A DNA stretch of 20,225 nucleotides from a virus (IMGVR_UViG_3300013800_000004:128001-148225), one strand, 5' to 3'. Counted from the first letter of the stretch, positions 12,301 through 18,058 are shown. Translations and numbers: made by a program. Notes: generated by a model from the sequence alone, not told the origin.

Positions 12301-13934
12301 CCCACTGCCACCTTGCCGGATTCCAGGGACACGTACGCGGTGTCCAGGGGCATGGAGAAGGTGTCCCTGGGCAGGTCCGTGTCCCAGTTGACCGTCACCA
12401 GCTTGGCCACCCGCCCCGCAGACGTGTACAGGTAGGCGTCTCCCATTCCAGGGGTGAGCGCCCTCACCAACCCGGATGACACGGGACGGGGCTTCACCGG
12501 GAGGGTGGGGTTGGGGCTGTTGCCCGTGCCGTCGGGCACGTCCACGAGGCCCGACTCTCCCACGCCCGGAAGAAGCGTAGCCGGGGGGATCGTGAGGCTG
12601 GCCGAACCGAACCCGATGAGCGTCTGTGACTGGATGGGCTGCGGGTAGCGGTTGAGTGCCCCGCCGTCGTAGTGGAGGGTGGCACCCAAGTACAGGGGGT
12701 TGAACGACCCACTGGCCGGGTCGGCCAGCGCGGTGTCCGCTGCGTTGAGCTTGATCTTCCCGGTGGACAGGGCCACACCCACGCTGCCGCTGGGCACGGT
12801 GAGGGCCGAGAGAAGCGTCTCCGTGGCGACCGTGAGCACTGCGAGGAGCTTCCGGTTGCCGATGCGGAGCAGCGGTCGCTCCGTGGGAGCGGGCACCGGG
12901 GCGATGTACAGGGCGTCGAGCACCGACCCCACCACGCCCTTGGAGGTGCTCTCGAAGTCCCGAGGGGAGTACCAGACGGTCTCACCCGCGTGGGCCGACG
13001 CGAACGCCGGGTTCCACACGATGGTGCCCTTGGTAGCCCCCATCACGCCCGCGAGAGGGAGCGGCGACGTAGCGAAGTTGTACGTGGCGTTGGCTTGGTC
13101 GTCCGAGACCACCAGGATGCCCGAGAAGGCATCCCCCGCGGTGCGGTAGACCACGGGGTACGAACCCTCACCAGGGGTGCTCCCGAGGCGCACCATGGAG
13201 AACTTGGTGAGGGTTGCGGACCCGGGGAGGAACTGTCCGATGGCCACCGAGGGAACCGGCGACAGCACGTACTTGGTCCCAGCCGCCGAGGACATCTTCC
13301 CGAGGGACTTCACCGCCCCGCCCTTGTACGGCTCCCACTTGCGGTGAGCCCCGTTCCACCCGAACCGGGTGCCCGTGGGGTCGTTGCGGGTCCAGTTGAA
13401 CCGGGCTGCGTCCAGGGTGTACGCGGTCGCCGTGAACGTGTCGCCCCGTGCTGCGGACACCACGACGGTGTTGAAGGTCACGGTGGATGTCACCGGGTCG
13501 AACGTGAAATCCGAGCCCGTGTACACCACGGGGGTGGTAGTGCCGCCCTGGACGAACGTCAGCGAGGTGACAGCGATGATGTCCGCCCCGCCATCGTCCG
13601 TGAGCACCACCCGGTGAGTGCCGTCCGTGTGGGCTCCCGCCGTGAGGGTGCCGGTGGGGATGGACACGGTGCCATTGGTGGTGATGGTGCCGACGGCGAC
13701 GTTGAAGGGTCCCGTCGTCGCGGCCCACAACAGGTACTCCGTGGTGACGCCGCCCTCAAGAAGGGTCGCCCGGTACCGAGCACCGCCCACGTCCACCACG
13801 GTCGCCGTGGGGTACTGCGGCGTCGAAGACGTGGTGACCGCACGGGAAACCCCCGACGTGACCGCACCTGTGGTGTCCGCGTTGCTGGTCGAGGACCGTG
13901 CCCCCGGGAGAACCTGACCGTCGAAGTTGTCCAT
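3318..13934 (-). CDS. Giant 3538-aa putative virion structural protein (tail/baseplate/fibre-like, multi-domain beta-rich)
   Basis: Uninterrupted 10.6-kb ORF, rich in Thr/Gly/Val/Pro, with no evident signal peptide. Recurrent G-x-D-[YF]-x-[VF]-D-x3-G-x-[LV]-x-[FL] motifs and (P)GD-x-[VL]-x-[VIF]...G-x-Y-x-V barrel motifs, as seen in phage structural proteins. Helical blocks centrally and at the C-terminus. Confidence 0.85.
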   Translation of the reverse strand: MDNFDGQVLPGARSSTSNADTTGAVTSGVSRAVTTSSTPQYPTATVVDVGGARYRATLLEGGVTTEYLLWAATTGPFNVAVGTITTNGTVSIPTGTLTAGAHTDGTHRVVLTDDGGADIIAVTSLTFVQGGTTTPVVYTGSDFTFDPVTSTVTFNTVVVSAARGDTFTATAYTLDAARFNWTRNDPTGTRFGWNGAHRKWEPYKGGAVKSLGKMSSAAGTKYVLSPVPSVAIGQFLPGSATLTKFSMVRLGSTPGEGSYPVVYRTAGDAFSGILVVSDDQANATYNFATSPLPLAGVMGATKGTIVWNPAFASAHAGETVWYSPRDFESTSKGVVGSVLDALYIAPVPAPTERPLLRIGNRKLLAVLTVATETLLSALTVPSGSVGVALSTGKIKLNAADTALADPASGSFNPLYLGATLHYDGGALNRYPQPIQSQTLIGFGSASLTIPPATLLPGVGESGLVDVPDGTGNSPNPTLPVKPRPVSSGLVRALTPGMGDAYLYTSAGRVAKLVTVNWDTDLPRDTFSMPLDTAYVSLESGKVAVGYGLAQVLNGHNVYFSQAILTPAQYPDAARVFSRVRDVYTFNGETFTFSVDGTVYNVTLTAGTYTTDQAVTLLTPLVPAATVGNLNGYLYIGSPLINGTVSIGFNEEGCRAIGLPPGWYVSDPLSWNHSARDPNWLPDSGVSFGLYRSPNNLDGSQGIPDVRATYRVTDATLSEDITSVPYQLLTYPPREDIAGYDTGVFFALSGVSSPTNTQVQSTLKPWTDVVYQFDQSRFGWLSPFTFAGQVLSPVSSIDLGQSGVVPETFYTRMGGYLRVSKDGGGVSSLALGTDFLVPNGSGTAILIERVGPKFQTGYRGAVVGGADVLTDTSVVNTAQPGDRLKVTTGGSQGSYLVVSQTANTITVTPNFPLTSTGNETWELYRGVAPGAINPAVAADAVYNDFNHLPTEPFEVRILTSLGVAGTTLSEVDLPTANSGRTLAARFGQSGTNYPLTILTSTVLGVLANGALFVPTANPRFSTGSFSVVVGTTEFVHGVDLVGVANFVLPCPAGEVQYLTTTGELRFGSTVEASYQSASVVFRQEVLPHADVPAHTGELSPFTGDVSLNAVDISDNTGSTVYLVDLQTYETVYMNPILGSFTFSRPMESGQLVEATYYRAIPDSGDLYLDSAGNPVLVTEFLPVFVRREVPTRISQQLFSFNPLGKTLDTDVAPSVWVGASLVTYGNPPGVVVSPSDNTFLLVAPVPDLATRVLITYAVFEANGGETSYTVSQGPVWRPPFRIAAGSPTFVLDTNRTAEMVAGKILRLDNYITYVQESSYNATTDVTTVTVFPAPVNGVGTLSPSEPPTNLLTDRPITPVVDPAGGAYLTPADTGFLPKITDAYGLAGVPVFQPVTPGQSTVRFNGDLTRYAVVGHVIEMFGVPFLIAKSDLVDGTYTDITLGSPSPIAMAWTLGMDTGLARISVRPVYPSGGAVFVGSGPFVPTEPYEVVLFQGTTPGVTLSEGVDYSVDPTSGTLTLKQPRQGGITAGSSLRFYRTKQDSLAPFVYQDVVQYPRVSASAAAIDPPSTTNGRLHAILQATYTFDSPDSFYARSVPLSVYITETSDSIVRGVTQSSVGTNPSVGGISKIPPSAQGTASLPSQRQDLVSRDRVTRTFLRYYNGVVSSFEQVLENLTGNPVGDRDGKLRLWMGKDDLWTPPGYEDSITGALNPRNIWSDVWNSYRTAPIALISSDPVTNPVTATLDGNGNPEGKALDTATLGTLSAQQRTYIKNDVDDVVLTGLRDTQVSLTGFIHFQVTQYGTYQGLSSPSVFSRIFPELTYGFTTTNPGIGYDPSTGTNGVYSFGKISVDLGAGSVSYQSTSGQPIAQLSNPVRGNLTSVLGAVVQDRRARARVISYSPTGYSGTTADPAFLATVLTVDQFPMLSDGTPDFSKLYSNSGTLFDLETGDPTLHTPPFRPGDQVSLGTPDGKVFGLGFTGVPPITTVTVGGSPVFAGVFVDAILQGCIVTLKSYDINTGGFVSITDPATLVLLTTPDTGRPLTAELGDTLFVVPTTGAVLTGVSDPPTTAQLGTYTQSLPGYRMGTDVNLDGRTGSLVDATLPSWSDPFIFGIKEITGQKPPPPLATLQAQVTFQNGDTAPSNIPALRGVARLDSGDYSLPYYGITPTELAVLGDAMPLGIAVVDAESPTPPVGNPAPAGFTNYTVEAVYPDEVLDNAGVVSATDPATPAALKGTVALNPGYVAHTGTGDVKPYDIVFIQEGTGGGSFPAGATGIRTVGAVDYGSNVIEPPRFVTRTSLGAKASLVVENIQAWTDPTYLTGVTVTEDTNVIAPLTRTTFTLSGIATSVMVFDDGAGGGVLPTPVGGFNDYFTVGDKPNKVRLKFVNTTSGNFPVASSVLLDLQTQNPDITLCAFSVSGDNGATSQSGNLYFLTQQIVVDTPLPFFDFAAFGVSVTPAPGVTKIGPLNTGIDADSGSASSGGTETMYIGDDRLTLHGTIDTRTARPRGATTPGGDSIACALTTIGFDAGVFDSGLGITSAFSTLNEIAEVNGGTAFTFASRAGITPYGVGTFAAGVGTLKVMAYEGHGNTPINGTDVTYSAAPSSRQDEDGPILLADAGSDRVDNPPYASARQSQGNFAPRIVDRFVVDPVMVTRGAMSRVLPGDIVTAKNSSLTFPATPLPNANTKAGTHLVRAVMVPNTKSQETQETFTTPDTNGDYDNGWMPFTFPTVTGFNLGLLTLSVSDIAQLPAVSGWLDAPVTQTHVFPAVGRVYVITNESGLDSTNPTVFQDSVVSADYASFDPGTNKFLGLSNFQDALGVGITDAQFDNLVSSGMKVSGFTTLPMNPHSAAIPANLPGYTSIAGTLAVFGIRTLRVSRASSGVVHTWNASAIGDLNPTGLGSNIDVYQRVKSGSESFVPSLDIAVYDEVPGAIEVDLVTLQWEALHTPLGAPFTPTGTQCILPGDQWEIDYSGAAGIYVEPSFPRDTNDMASGNVNVVDAGNSLPSGQVGTRRLADYFLAPTLGNYLLEFTEIEVRRPRRFHALGNDFGTRLQVLRYSYEIRRGIVDTVTPSGGYSTLTAAPVNGEVPPSVTGGTSATQLGDFTDTLVNVNPGDEVRFLNASGEVYARAEVVKVTGATTLTLSRKVTVTPGDRFEVYLRVPPVPHEQSNEELLGYATDKVMATRVADYTAQTGGSVPTTVNVLEDIGVNFSTRDIAEGDIVVVDPAGPLAGPGGPATPLQRGRRPFGDSGVSVRPASYTAGAPVRADDNRGYYKVDSVAAHALTVSAFGGLAGGADVILGTAPNEYVVYPTINASTLPAGPHEGQMDLRRTQLAVGNSFTTTPYSVAPFSYRVIRPTKLLSTQTVELILSMRERMLSWMEEIRSVSFKYGTYYVFQRDRHVSDLGLTTDPESGLGLLTNPYLHGIVGRWDVAPFVNTSDCLSILDRRFWGLDFRLDTLTPPLSATPYASFTTNGGRPVLVDRVNNALDGQNKLRATRFSWLSLRTDRVKGTLAAIRRFDVELPKQQAEAELALAAVQSIKLSS

Positions 13935-13940
13935 GCGAGT

Positions 13941-13952
13941 GTACCTTACGCG
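13941..13952 (-). promoter_or_regulatory. Variant CGTAA junction motif (CGCGTAAGGTAC) upstream of the giant gene
   Basis: In the 27-nt intergenic gap; shares the GCGTAA core with the other junction motifs but diverges downstream. Confidence 0.35.
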
Positions 13953-13961
13953 ACGATAGCC

Positions 13962-14549
13962 TCACACGGGAACGGACGTGCTGGTCCCCACCGAGGAACT
14001 TGGACCCAGCGGCCCCGAGGGTGCCACCACACCCGTAGGGGGAAGGGTCGCCCCCGTGAGCACCACGACACCCACACCCGCCGCGAGGGCCTCGTAGAAG
14101 CCCGGCACCTGAGCGCCCGTCCCACCCATCGGGCCGCACATGGCGCTGTGGGTCGAGCGCAAGAGGGTGGCCAAGGCCGGGACGTTCACCGAGACCACAT
14201 GGGAGATGTCCGTCCCCGTCCCCACCCCGACACTCGCCCCCGCGTAGGGGAGACCCGCCAGACCCGCGTTGAGCCCGGCGGACAGCATCACGGACAGGGG
14301 GGATGAGGTAGGGCCTGTAAACGCCCCCATGGCCCCCTGAACGGCAGCGGGTGTTCCGCTGAACACCAGTGTCCCCGAGGCAGTGCCAGCCCCTACAACG
14401 CCCGCTGTGACGCCTGCGAGGGCCACTCCCGTGGGAAGCCATGTGACGATGGATGCGGCGAGGGCCTGACAGAGGGTGTCGAGGGTGGGACCACCCGTGA
14501 AGGGCGCGGCGGAACGGAGTGCAGCAGCGAGTGAGGCGGGTGGGATCAC
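13962..14549 (-). CDS. 195-aa Gly/Ala-rich repeat protein, putative virion (baseplate/spike-tip-like) component
   Basis: GTG start with AAGG upstream. About three repeats of helix (ALAASIV / MLSAGLN / ALAAGVG) followed by a Gly-rich beta hairpin (GVVGAGTASG / GVGTGTD / GPSSSVGTS). Very few charged residues. Confidence 0.7.
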   Translation of the reverse strand: MIPPASLAAALRSAAPFTGGPTLDTLCQALAASIVTWLPTGVALAGVTAGVVGAGTASGTLVFSGTPAAVQGAMGAFTGPTSSPLSVMLSAGLNAGLAGLPYAGASVGVGTGTDISHVVSVNVPALATLLRSTHSAMCGPMGGTGAQVPGFYEALAAGVGVVVLTGATLPPTGVVAPSGPLGPSSSVGTSTSVPV

Positions 14550-14558
14550 CCTTGGACG

Positions 14559-15092
14559 CTACCGTCCTTCGGACGACGGACCCTTGAGGAACGACCATGT
14601 GTTCGGGGCGTCCTTGTGAAGGATTCCCTTGCGCACCAGGATGCCCGTCATGCTGTATGCGGCCTGCATCAGCGAGGTGTCGGTGATGGTCGGGGTGACC
14701 GTGCGGTACCAAGCCATGATGGCTTGGATTCGGATCTGGCCCTGGGTGTCTCCAAACTGGGCAAGGAACAGGCGGCAACGCGGGGGCAGCTTGTACTGGC
14801 TCCACCGCGAGGGCAGCTTCACAGAGGGCAGCTTCACGGCCCGTGCTGCGGTTCGGATGGACAACCCCGCGACCGAACCCTTGTCTGCGTCGTTGGGATC
14901 GGCGCCGGGCACCTCCGGCGATTCGCCAGTGGCAGGGGCGAGCTTGGAGTTGGTGGCCTTGATGATGGCCAGGAGCGGGGTGAGCTCACTCTCGCACAGA
15001 GAGATGATGTCAATCGCCTCCTGGATGTCCTTCTGAAGCTCCTCGGCACGGGACCGGGCCTTCTCGCGGATCTCGTTCAACAGGTCTGACAT
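14559..15092 (-). CDS. 177-aa protein: N-terminal coiled coil plus C-terminal winged-helix-like domain
   Basis: ATG with AAAGGAAG SD 9 nt upstream. N-terminal heptads, a low-complexity linker, and a C-terminal three-helix plus hairpin pattern (AYSMTGILVRKGILHKDAPNTWSF). Confidence 0.75.
   Translation of the reverse strand: MSDLLNEIREKARSRAEELQKDIQEAIDIISLCESELTPLLAIIKATNSKLAPATGESPEVPGADPNDADKGSVAGLSIRTAARAVKLPSVKLPSRWSQYKLPPRCRLFLAQFGDTQGQIRIQAIMAWYRTVTPTITDTSLMQAAYSMTGILVRKGILHKDAPNTWSFLKGPSSEGR
14809..14837. repeat. 15-bp-period tandem duplication (gagggcagcttcac x2), encoding VKLPS-VKLPS
   Basis: Exact 14-mer at 14809-14822 and 14824-14837, with a degenerate third copy (YKLPP) near 14782-14796. 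Confidence 0.8.
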
Positions 15093-15134
15093 GTTCTTGT
15101 ACTTCCTTTCGTCAGCAGGGTAGCGAATGTGGGG

Positions 15135-15147
15135 GTATTACGCCCGG
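15135..15147 (-). promoter_or_regulatory. Conserved junction motif CCGGGCGTAATAC (copy 1)
   Basis: Identical 13-mer also at 17372-17384. Lies about 42 nt upstream of the 15092 start; its TAA ends the 31-aa ORF. Confidence 0.6.
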
Positions 15148-15233
15148 GTCTTTGTCGACTTCGTGAAGATCTTCTCCTTGACCATCTTGAGGGGCATTAC
15201 ATCATGGATCGGCAAACTGGTGGTGAAAATCAT
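15138..15233 (-). CDS. 31-aa small ORF MIFTTSLPIHDVMPLKMVKEKIFTKSTKTRA
   Basis: ATG overlaps the TGA of the upstream gene (ATGA at 15230-15233), like other junctions here. It fills the apparent gap and uses AAG for all Lys codons. Below the ORF-track cutoff. Confidence 0.45.
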   Translation of the reverse strand: MIFTTSLPIHDVMPLKMVKEKIFTKSTKTRA

Positions 15234-15886
15234 GGGAGGGACCGGATCAACGCGGCGTGGGGGAGGTCGCGGATGTGCGATGCGTGGTTCTCTGGGTGCT
15301 TTGATGTCCCTGTACAGGGGATGCCCCCGTCCTTGGTGGCGTTACACTTGATGCCGCTGTTGTACCAGACTTGCCCGCACTCGTCGCAGAAGTCCTCATC
15401 CATGCACTTGTCGTTGTCGCACACGTAGCACAGGTGCCCAGCGATGTGGTAGTAACTCCGGGTCGCAATGGCACGGCAGGTACTGCACTTGGGGTGGGTG
15501 TCCTTGAGGGCGACTTCGAGGGACTGCAACCTCTCAGAGAGGGCGAGAACGGCCTCGGCGCGGGGCGCCATGTCTTGGGAGGTCTGGCCCTCCCCCGTCT
15601 CGACGACTGCCTTGGCGAGCTCTCGTGCGGCGATGACCCCTTCCAATCCAGGGATGGTCCAGAGGGACCAGCGATGGTTGTGTGGGATTTCCGCGTGGTT
15701 CTCGCGAGCGCAGTTCTCGCAGTAGTCCCAGTGCTCGTCCTCGTGAGGGCTGGTGATGCGATGGGTGGCAAGTGCCTCACACGACCCTGCCTCGTACTCC
15801 CCCGTGTTCTCGCTGTACCCGCTAGAGCAACGCTGGAGTCGGGCGGTTGCCAGTACCTTCTCTGCCATTTCACGGAGGGTCGTCAT
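15230..15886 (-). CDS. 218-aa Cys/His-rich protein with duplicated putative Zn-finger modules
   Basis: ATG with AGGTGA SD. Two related segments, CEALATHR...YCENC and CSTCRAIATRS...YVCDNDKC, plus CDEC...C...C. Confidence 0.75.
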   Translation of the reverse strand: MTTLREMAEKVLATARLQRCSSGYSENTGEYEAGSCEALATHRITSPHEDEHWDYCENCARENHAEIPHNHRWSLWTIPGLEGVIAARELAKAVVETGEGQTSQDMAPRAEAVLALSERLQSLEVALKDTHPKCSTCRAIATRSYYHIAGHLCYVCDNDKCMDEDFCDECGQVWYNSGIKCNATKDGGIPCTGTSKHPENHASHIRDLPHAALIRSLP

Positions 15887-15901
15887 TGCATCACCTGACG
15901 T

Positions 15902-15911
15902 GTGTTACGCC
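15902..15911 (-). promoter_or_regulatory. Conserved junction motif GGCGTAACAC (copy 2)
   Basis: Directly follows the TAG of the upstream gene (TAG GCG TAA CAC), 15 nt before the 15886 ATG. Confidence 0.5.
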
Positions 15912-16285
15912 TATTCGCCAGTGCGATAACGCAGGCGAGGGGATGCCCTGTGGGCATCCCACAGATTCTTGGACTCCTCGGGGGTGAGCACCTCCACCTC
16001 AACGGTCACCTTCACTCGCATGACCGGGGGGAGTTCCAGGCTGGACTCCTCCCGGTACTGATTGCGGAGGTTCGCCCACAAATCCTGACCCCCTTCGTCC
16101 GCGCCCTCATACTCGAACGCAGTGAACACCCCGTCACTCACGGTGACCCCCCCTGCGCCCTTGATGAAGGCCGCAATGCCCCCGAGGAACGCATCGGACT
16201 TGTCATCCGAGGTGATTTCGTGGAGGTGGTTGGACTCCCAGTCATGCACACACACAGCGTTCAGTTCGATGGTCTTGGTACCCAT
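15911..16285 (-). CDS. 124-aa acidic hypothetical protein
   Basis: Start reassigned to ATG at 16285 (MGTKTIEL), preceded by a CAGGAG SD and 5 nt after the HAD gene stop. The longer ORF-track start overlaps the HAD gene. Confidence 0.7.
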   Translation of the reverse strand: MGTKTIELNAVCVHDWESNHLHEITSDDKSDAFLGGIAAFIKGAGGVTVSDGVFTAFEYEGADEGGQDLWANLRNQYREESSLELPPVMRVKVTVEVEVLTPEESKNLWDAHRASPRLRYRTGE

Positions 16286-16290
16286 GCTGC

Positions 16291-16797
16291 TCACTCCTGG
16301 TTGAGGATCTCGATGGCCTGCGTGACGTGTTCGTCCTCGATGCCGTCCTTGGGCATGACCATCACGTCCTTCCACGGATGGTTCTTCCCTCGGCCCCAGA
16401 GGCGGTACTCATCGTCGTCGATGACCACGTACCGGGTCACCTCGGGGTGTGCGTCCAGCCATTCGCGGGCCGCACTGGCGCGGAGGTCATCCCACATCTT
16501 GACCCCCCCCACCGCACCTACCACCTTGGCGGTGATGCCGCGGCCCTCCAGGAGGACCGCGAGATCCTCCCACTTGGCCCACTTACGCCAGCCGGTCACC
16601 AGGAGGATCGCCGCCCCCGTCGCATCGCAGACGCGCTGGATGCGGGCGCACCGCACCGGGTCGAGCATCGCCCGACCCATGTCCGGGTTGTAGGTCTGAA
16701 TGCCAGGGAACTCCTTGGCGGTGGCCAGGATGTGGGCGTTGTCGTTCAGCACGTTGTCGAAGTCGAGCATCAAAACCTTGGTCACGGGGTCGGTCAT
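16291..16797 (-). CDS. HAD-superfamily phosphatase, HAD_SAK_2 (Swiss Army Knife RNA-repair-like) type
   Basis: Motif I LMLDFDNVLN, motif II ILLVTGWR, R...EWL..H and motif IV YVVIDDD, C-terminal DGI...HV..AIEILN. Start reassigned to ATG 16797 (ATGA overlap). Confidence 0.85.
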   Translation of the reverse strand: MTDPVTKVLMLDFDNVLNDNAHILATAKEFPGIQTYNPDMGRAMLDPVRCARIQRVCDATGAAILLVTGWRKWAKWEDLAVLLEGRGITAKVVGAVGGVKMWDDLRASAAREWLDAHPEVTRYVVIDDDEYRLWGRGKNHPWKDVMVMPKDGIEDEHVTQAIEILNQE

Positions 16798-17366
16798 TGG
16801 CCAGTCCTTCGTCGGTACACAGTCAGGCAATCGTGGAGATAGGACCACTGCGGGATCTCCGTGGAGCCTACCTCCTCGAACCGGTCCCACAGGAGCTCGA
16901 AGAATCTGTCATCTGCGGTGCATCCGCCGTGGCCCTCCCCCACGAACACCACCGTTTGACCACCCACCTCCAGGTACCGGGTGAGGGCGTCGTAGGCGAG
17001 CTCACCCTCATACGGGGGCCACACCAAGAGAAGGGTGTGGTTCTTGTGGTGGGCGGTGATGGCTTCGGGGCCCCCTTGGAGAACGGGGTGCCACACCTCG
17101 GAAGGGGTGGCCATGTAGTGGTGGTTGCCGGGCTTCTTGTCGTAGGGCTCAATGGAGCCACCGGCCTCTACGATGAGCTTCGCCCAGTAGCCGTTGCCCG
17201 CACCCATCTCGATGATGGGGCCCATCCCGGCCAGAAGCTGGATGGCGTTGTCGCTCGGGATGGCCCAGGAGTACTTGGCCACGAGCTTGTCCCGGACATC
17301 CGTGCCGGAGTCCCAGTTATATCTCTCGAACGACGCCGCAAGGGCTTCTTGGTGGTACAGGTTCAC
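16794..17366 (-). CDS. Class I SAM-dependent methyltransferase-like protein (WPPY type)
   Basis: SAM-binding motif I IIEMGAGNGYWA, acidic residue after strand 2 (IEPYD), LLLVWPPY after strand 4, and VVFVGEGHGGCTADD. Confidence 0.8.
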   Translation of the reverse strand: MNLYHQEALAASFERYNWDSGTDVRDKLVAKYSWAIPSDNAIQLLAGMGPIIEMGAGNGYWAKLIVEAGGSIEPYDKKPGNHHYMATPSEVWHPVLQGGPEAITAHHKNHTLLLVWPPYEGELAYDALTRYLEVGGQTVVFVGEGHGGCTADDRFFELLWDRFEEVGSTEIPQWSYLHDCLTVYRRRTGQ

Positions 17367-17371
17367 ACTGT

Positions 17372-17384
17372 GTATTACGCCCGG
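17372..17384 (-). promoter_or_regulatory. Conserved junction motif CCGGGCGTAATAC (copy 3)
   Basis: Contains the TAA stop of the upstream gene; CGTAAT ends 7 nt before the GTG start at 17366, with no obvious SD. Confidence 0.6.
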
Positions 17385-18058
17385 CGACGGGCCTTTGCAG
17401 CTTGCCGCCGCTGCGCTCGGTTGGGGGGGAGTACGGGTCCGTGCTTGTCCAGCATCTTCCGAAGTTCTCGCTGGACGAGCGGGATCTGCGCGGGAGTGAG
17501 GTTCTCCATGGCCTCCATCATCCGTCGCTTGGCCTCGGTGATGGGGATGGTTGCGTTGTGCAGGGCCTCGGCGGCGGCGCGGAGGGTCTTGAGGTCGAGT
17601 GGGGCAGGGGCGACGGCAGTGGACATGGAGATCCTCTCATGGTGCTGACGCATGTTCTCTGTGACCGTATCGGTCTTCCCCGACTGTCGGCCCAGCTTGA
17701 AGATGGCCTCCCGCTCTGCGTCGGTCAGGTGTTCGCCGGGGTCGCAGTCGGGGCACGGGATGACCGGGACAATGGCCCCCATAGAGTGTGGGGAGACCCC
17801 CGCCGCCCGAATCTCTTTGGCGAGGATGGCCTTGTCCATCTCGGCCTCTGACACGAGGGCGAGGATGGCCTCGTAGGTTTCGTCGTCCATGGGGGCTCGT
17901 TGGGCATTCATGATGGCGTCGAAGGCCGCTCTGGACATACCCTTCCGGGTCAAGAACTTGTCGAGCGCCTCCACGGCCCTTCCGTCCTCTTCGTCGAGGA
18001 TCTGCTTGGCCATGTGCGCTACGGCACGGGCTTCATGGTCTACGGGGTCGTACTTCAT
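17375..18058 (-). CDS. Hypothetical helical protein (about 227 aa) with CPDC, GRQSGKT and a basic C-terminal tail
   Basis: Start uncertain: ATG 18058 has an AGGAAG SD-like sequence 8 nt upstream, while ATG 18124 (overlapping the RHH gene end) is an alternative. Ends NRAQRRQAAKARRRA. Confidence 0.7.
   Translation of the reverse strand: MKYDPVDHEARAVAHMAKQILDEEDGRAVEALDKFLTRKGMSRAAFDAIMNAQRAPMDDETYEAILALVSEAEMDKAILAKEIRAAGVSPHSMGAIVPVIPCPDCDPGEHLTDAEREAIFKLGRQSGKTDTVTENMRQHHERISMSTAVAPAPLDLKTLRAAAEALHNATIPITEAKRRMMEAMENLTPAQIPLVQRELRKMLDKHGPVLPPNRAQRRQAAKARRRA

Noticed and set aside
12672-14306. 544-aa plus-strand ORF and the many other plus-strand ORFs across 231-20162
   Set aside because: Antisense shadows of high-GC minus-strand genes, with Arg/Gly/His-rich low-information translations and no motifs.
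315-14549. Bacterial extracellular contractile injection system or secreted adhesin locus
   Set aside because: No sheath, tube, VgrG, AAA ATPase or secretion signal in view, and the neighbours are typical phage accessory genes. Not fully excluded without flanking sequence.
13756-14805. 349-aa alternative-frame minus ORF (also 15247..15873 and 11242..11979)
   Set aside because: Overlaps better-supported genes in another frame and has the Arg/Pro/Gly-rich composition typical of off-frame reading.
15100-15134. CTGACGA (hammerhead-core-like) in the leader of the wHTH gene
   Set aside because: No stem II followed by GAAA and no flanking stems; the adjacent bases are better explained as the SD.
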